64,000 nt of DNA from Paraspadella gotoi (taxonomy: Eukaryota > Animalia > Chaetognatha). The notes under the pieces are model-generated. The model saw only the letters and a list, made by a program, of their open reading frames with translations. It did no database searches and was not told where the DNA came from. The position numbers and the translations under genes are program-made. The DNA is taken from the NCBI GenBank assembly GCA_051294375.1, contig CM119266.1, forward strand, positions 16,548,087 through 16,612,086, read 5' to 3'. Below, one piece after another: positions 57,869 to 64,000 of this stretch (its first letter is position 1; each line of letters starts with the position of its first letter).

Positions 57869-59253
57869 TCACTGAAGCACGCAGCATTTCTTGCCGCATT
57901 TCTTCTTCTTTTTCTTTTCTTCGCCTTCCTCCGCGGTGTCGTAGTCCCGTTCGGGCAACTCTTCCCTAAAGACGACCGCGTAAAAGTCATGGAAGCGGAG
58001 GTCGTCCTTCATCAGCTCCAGAGTATCGTAGTTTGGCTCTACCTCGGCGAGGGGGCCGAAGCCAAGGCGCGAGAGGAGGTCCTCCAGCTGGTTTAAGCTC
58101 AAGTGACCGCGTTTGGAAGTGTCCATGTAACTTGATGCGTGAAGGTGGCGGTCGGGGTCAAGAGGATTATTAAATTCCTAAAAACGTAAAGTAATAAACC
58201 ACGCCCACCTTACTTCCTCATAAATCACAGCGCCTCAGACGACACTGAACATTCCGTTTTAAGTCAGAATTAAGTCGCTAAAACCAAGCGGAAACTAGTT
58301 TTCGCTTTTATCTACGTAATTCTAAAATTAAATATAGCGAAGTGTCCGACATTCTTCCTCCTATTTTTTTTTCCACTCCCATCATGGCCCCTTCCCTTTC
58401 ACTTACTCGAAGAGTTTCCTGGCCAACATCTCGTCGGGGACATCGTCGACGCTGTCGATGCCGACGTCGTCTTCCTCGCCGACGCCTTCCGTGTTCATGA
58501 AGCAGAAGGCGACGAACTGTTCTACGGTCAACTCGAAGGCCTCCCACCGACTCAGTCGCTGCATGATCACCTCGGTCTCGTTCACTGTCCTAAGGTTTGA
58601 TCAGGTGATTCACTGGCCGCTGCAGTTTACTTCGGTGAGTGGCTAATTGTGTAGTCGGGCATTGCCTAGGTTCACCCCGCCTATAAGCATGACACCTTCA
58701 GACCTGACCTGGTGGCTCATTGAGTAAAGCCATCAGCTCATGACCACTAGGTTCAATCCCAACCCGGTACCTACCCTGTGGGAAGCGTGAGGACGGTCGT
58801 AAGCCGCTTTGGGGGCGTGGCAACCCCTCAAGCCTGGTTCCAAGCCCAGGACCCGTTCCATGGCTACTAAAGGGGGTTATAGAAGTTACGGATAGTCATC
58901 TTCAGCCCACTTGGCGCCTTATCCACAATTGGTGATTTTTTTTTTAATTTACGAGTTTATCAGTTTATCAGCATTAAATTAAGTCGAAATATCACAACGA
59001 CTACCTCCGCTCCGCCTCACATGTCGGTGACGAGGAGGTGGAAGAGGGCGTACAACTCCACGATGCTGAGACTCCAGGATTCGTTGACGTCGGCGGCGCG
59101 GAAGATCTTGAGCGAGACGGCGAGGGCGGGCGACGCATCCTTTGGCGAAGAACCGAAGAGATCGGGACACTTCCACAACACGCGGGAGATGATCACAAGG
59201 GCCGACGAGGGCGCCAAGGAGAGGGCCACCGACGTTCCGCCGGAAGAAGCCAT
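57869..59253 (-). CDS. EF-hand (calmodulin-like) protein, 225 aa, with C-terminal polybasic CaaX motif; exons 59021-59253, 58407-58589, 57869-58130
   Basis: Exons of 233+183+262 = 678 nt join in frame (AT|G and GA|T junctions, GTGAGG and GTAAGT donors). EF-loop-like segments are IFRAA-DVNESWSLSIVE-L and LFDYM-DTSKRGHLSLNQ-L. The protein ends KKKKKCGKKCCVLQ*. Confidence 0.85.
58706..58925 (+). mobile_element. tRNA-derived SINE in intron 1 of the EF-hand gene
   Basis: tRNA-like head with Pol III A-box-like TGGCTCATTGAG (58713-58724) and B-box GGTTCAATCC (58750-58759), followed by a GC-rich non-tRNA body. The 3' end is approximate. Confidence 0.6.
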
Positions 59254-61300
59254 CTCGACTCTTGGATGAGATGGAGAGGGGAAGATGAGGACTCTGGTGA
59301 AACGGATAATTTGGATAGATATAAATTAATGACAACCGCTTCGTTAATTAAACTTAACAATTATCAAAATTACTGTTATCTGGCGAACTGGATCGCAGTG
59401 AATTGAGTCAAACGGCGACCGGCGACTCTCGTAAGATCGATCGAGCCACTGATGTTGGCGTCAAAGTTAATTTTCGAGTTTCAATGCCGCAAATACGAGC
59501 GGTGGAAAGGAGAGATGAATGAAAAAATAATAGAGAGAGAGAAGGAGAGAGAGAGAGAGAGAAGAGAGAGGAGAGAGAGAAGGAGAGAGAGAGAGAGAGA
59601 CAGCTAGAGCGCTTGCTTTCGACGACGCCGGCGTTTAATCAAAGACGAAAGGAGATTGTGGCGTTGGTCGTTGCCGTCGTCGTCGTTATCGTCGTCTTCA
59701 CCGTCGCAATCGCTCTTCTCTCTTCTCTCACCGCGACTTCCGATTAAAATCACAACCGGTTAACGCGATCGTTTTCGCCACGAATTCTGTTCGATTCGCT
59801 CGTTTGCGGCGACAGTCCCTTTCCCGAATCGGGAGCGAATTCAGAAACGAGTTTCGCGTTTACGACGACGAAGTCTTTTGTTTTTTCGACTCCTCCGTCG
59901 ATTTCATTGCGCAGATGTCGCGGTAGGCGGTTCGTCTAAACGATTCTTTAAAGCGATTCTTAAAAGACTTAACGCTTCGCCTGACAGGTTTCTGCTTTCC
60001 CTCAATCTATTTGTTTTAATCTCTCAGTGAATTTGCTTAAAATGCATTCTGTAATTCTGCTTTATTCCTCTCGTCAAGTTTATCTCATTAGATTACTGAA
60101 TTTCTTAATAAAAACCCATGGATTCTTAAATCGCCAATTCAAAATTTTTTTTGAGAAGCGCAAGCTGACGGACAACTCGATCCGCAACGACAGCTTAATC
60201 ATTCGTGCGGCCAACGTCGCCCGACGCCCACCGTCGCCGTCCGACGCCGCCGCAATCGATTCCTTTGTTTCTTTTCGATGGCACCATTAAATCCGATGTC
60301 ACTTTTATGGGATGGAAATGGGAAGTAGGGAGGGAAAGGGATTAAGAAAAATGCCACAGAAAAAGGGAGCAACGGCATGGGAATGCACGTGTTCCACTAG
60401 TACCATAAAACCAGACTTCAATTTTTTTCGTCTTTTAGATCTTGTGGAAAAAAGCCCTGAAAAAATACTCTCAGATTTCTACTAAATTTTAAATAAAATG
60501 ATAAGAAAAAGCTTTTAATAATTTTTTTTTGGGGGGGAAAAACTTTCAAAAATTAATTTTTAGGAAAAAAAAATTGATTACAAAATTGCCAGGCAAAAAA
60601 AAAATAAAAAAATAGCCCAGGGAACTCCCACGAATGGGTTCTTTCTGTTTCAAAAGTCGACAAAGGGTTATGCCGTGAATGACAGGAAATTTAGTTATCG
60701 ATTAAAATTAGTGTTAAAAATGAAATAATTTAATTAACGCGGTCAATCTGATGAAACTGCTTCCTCATTAGGCCAGTGACGGCCCATAAAAAATATCCGT
60801 GCTCCATTACAACGCGAGTCTCAGAAAAGTCGACGTCCTCAAGGATTAACCCTTAGGAGTTAGGACCAATCAGGTCGACTGTTTCATCATTGACAAACAA
60901 TTACATGTAATCATGCGTATAGCGTGATATACGCAGAATTAGAAAAATCGCGCATCCTTATACACGACCCGAATTTGAGCCTCCAAAATGCGTTAACGCA
61001 CCGACTTTCCTTTTCTTTCATGTCCCAGACGACAGAAAAATATTTTTTCTCCCAATTTTGTATCTTAATATACTAAAAAAATGGAAAACTTAACGCTTTG
61101 AAATTATTATTGCTATGCATAACCGAAAAAGTATAATCTTTCGATAAACTTTCGTATTTATTTGAAGCTAATATAATGAACATTAGAGAGAGAGACCGGT
61201 CAAAAATCCTCCCCCGCAATGGCGAGGATAATTTGACGACTGGACGGAGGAAGAGGAAAAGGTCAAAGAATTGGAAGGAAGAGAGATGAGCTAAAGAAAG

Positions 61301-61335
<35 letters not shown>

Positions 61336-61763
61336 AGTGAAAATTTAAAAAAAAGGCGAACTAATTCCTTATGAGTAGATTCTTTATGAGTCGTTGCCTT
61401 ATTAGGAAATATGCCAAAAAAAAGTAAGGAATCCAATGGTTAGTTTGATTCGCAAAGTTCGTCATTTCGAGTTTAGTAAATAACTTGATTGCTAGGACGA
61501 TTAGTATTGATGGCGAAACGGTTCGGTTTACGTGTGGTAAAGAGAGAGAGAGAGAGAGAAAAAGAGAGAGAGAGAGAGGACGCATTTGATGACCTGGAAA
61601 ATTTTACGACCGATCCAGTCACAAGAGACCCTGAAGGCAAGCCGCCATAGTCAAGGCTCTTATTTGTAAATGTCGACGAAGGTTGATTGACGCACTCGTT
61701 GAGGAAAAGAAAATATACTTACGACATTTACAAAGATGATCAAGATCTGACGAAAATAAACAA

Positions 61764-61794
<31 letters not shown>

Positions 61795-62676
61795 AAAGTC
61801 TTCAGGATTTTTTTCTTCCCTATTTCCATCTCATCGTTTCGGTCGTGATTTCCTCGACAAAAATGTTTGTTCCTCTCTTCCTCTTCTTTTCCGAGCGACT
61901 GATTCCGAGTACGAAGTCTCGCTCGCCCTTCCCAACGTCCGGGGGGCGAACGGGTGGAGAATAAGGGGGAGAGGGGGAAGAAAGCGCGGATTGGGGAGAG
62001 GGGGTGGGGTGTTGGAAAAGGGGAGAGGGGTGGGGTGTTGGAAAAGGGAGATATGGGGTTAGAGAAGGGTCGTCGGAGGCCGGTCTGGAAATTCGTACGA
62101 CTAATCGGCCACTAATTGGCTCTCGGACATAACGCCGACATATTCTAATCGGTAATATCAACAAAGTTACTTTTATTGTCACGAACAAATAAAAAAAAAG
62201 GGTTAGTTTGAAAAAAAAATACAGAAAACAATAGTAATTACTATAAAAAACGATTAAAATAATTATCATCAGTAGAGACTTGAGAAATGATAACACTGTT
62301 AGAAAGAATAACAAAGAATGGCCGAGCCGCGACCATGTAGAATAAAACGCTTGCTTAAGCGTTTTTCGTTTTTTTTTCCTTCTCCTCTCCCATTTAATGA
62401 TTCAATACTATTAGTCCTACATCTTCTTCTCACATTTATCTCCATTTCATAACCCGTTCCCTTTTTCTTCCCTACTTTCGCTCCCTCAACCCATCCACCC
62501 TCTGACGGTCCAACGTCGCGAATGTTTTTCCACATCCGATTTGAAGGATGATGTAGGGAAGACTGAAATATTGGATATGATCGCCCGATATCTCGCGGGG
62601 TCAAAAATGAATACGAAAGAGACAGAAGAGAAAGAGAGAGAGAGAGATAGGGAGGGAGGGAGAGAGAAAGAGAGGG

Positions 62677-62726
<50 letters not shown>

Positions 62727-63882
62727 AGACTAAGATGATTTGAAGATTAATTTCTTCCGGGTGTCAGATCTTTTGGCAGACTTGTGTCCGAATCACGCGT
62801 TTTGTTCGACCCAGTGGAACCAAAAGAGACGATTGAAAGAAAGCGGAATCTTGATGGAATCTCTCGCGAAGATTGTGAGATTGTGAGAAGTTTGATGGAA
62901 TCGAATCTCTCACCGAAATTTCTGATGTCTCGTGAAGTTTAGAGTAATAACTTGTCAGATTTCGTGACAGAATTTTTTCTCGGGAAAAAACAAACAATCG
63001 GTCGAACACAACTTTTTTTTATCTGAGAGAAAGATGATGTCTCGTTTAATTCTTCATTCTTGTAACATATTCAATAGTCAAATAAATAGACAAGTCAGAT
63101 AAGATGAGAAGAGCAAAACTTTAAAATCGGATGAACAAAAATTTAATTCTTTTTAAACAATGGTTCATTGGCCTGGTACGCTAATCTAAAAGTTTTATCT
63201 TCCATGTAATTCGTTGTTTGTAAACATTATAAATACCTCTCCCTTTTAATCTCAAACGCAACGAAAAAGAAGAAAACCTTCCATGTAGAAAGATATCATG
63301 AATATATCTATCTAATAAATAATTATTATTTAATTATTTTTTATTTCTTTTATTTTTTGAGAAAGCTGATTTTCTCTGCTGCATTTCCCTTTGTCGATCG
63401 TCTTTATCCAATCCTATAGCTCTACCCTTCCTCGATTCTCCGACTCTTACTTTTTCCTTTCCTTTTTTCATTTCTCCTCTCCTACTCTCCCGCTTTCCTC
63501 CCGGAAGTTCACCTCGCCCCAATCAATCATGACCGGACCGGGGTGGAGGGGTGAAAAGGAGTGAAATCGGAAGGAGAGGTGGAGGAGGAGGAGGAGGGAG
63601 AGGAGAAAGATGTCCCGCCGAAGGTGGTTTGGCCTCTCATTGTAGATCCGAAGGGATACTCGTCCATCGATCTTCCGCGCGTCCGAGACAAAGGATGAAA
63701 AATGGCGGACGAGTTTCCCTCCAAACTCGGTTACATATTTTCGGAGGTCGAGAGGCGCGGGACCAAACTCTTGAATTCGCTGGGCTTGGGATGTCCTTGT
63801 TGGATGCTCGGGTTGGCTGTCGTCTCGTTTTCAAACAATTATAATCGGATTTTGGCGATAATTTTTTTTTTTTCTCTCCTCA

Positions 63883-63940
<58 letters not shown>

Positions 63941-64000
63941 TCTCTCTCTCTCTGCTCTCTCTCGTCTCTCTCCATCTCATCTCCGTCCTCTCTCTCATCT

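Noticed and set aside
58706-58775. Functional tRNA gene
   Set aside because: The anticodon arm and stems do not form a full cloverleaf and no T-run terminator follows; it fits a SINE head better.
59021-59406. Plus-strand ORFs overlapping EF-hand exon 1 (and similar antisense ORFs over coiled-coil exons)
   Set aside because: Antisense shadows of GC-rich coding exons.
63527-63844. GC-rich block as exon of a third gene
   Set aside because: Several frames on both strands are partly open, with no decisive splice sites or motif; cannot be called.

Overview
Eukaryotic draft-assembly window from a compact, intron-rich genome, probably animal (GT-AG introns of about 45 bp to a few kb, GC-rich exons, AT-rich introns, abundant (AG)n/(CT)n microsatellites, five N-gaps). 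Two genes can be rebuilt by hand from splice sites and reading phase, both on the minus strand. (1) A large coiled-coil gene of about 27 exons (roughly 29209 down to the window start), whose C-terminal segment resembles PMFBP1/CCDC18-like proteins. (2) A 3-exon, 225-aa EF-hand protein (59253-57869) ending in a polybasic CaaX tail. Much of 29627-46280 is an indel-riddled second copy of nearby sequence, most likely uncorrected long-read gap-fill, and 18497-19727 is a second copy of 14787-18470. Comparing the copies exposes presence/absence insertions: a ~2.6 kb foldback-like element at a TA site and a small direct-repeat-bounded (TRIM-like) element. Other points of note are a 51-nt candidate cassette exon whose 5' splice site lies in a perfect 35-bp hairpin, a chain of candidate micro-exons that may encode a Tyr-motif-rich tail, a probable GC-AG intron and a tRNA-derived SINE. 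No prokaryotic features, rRNA or CRISPR arrays were seen. Family assignments come from memory of motifs, not from database searches.
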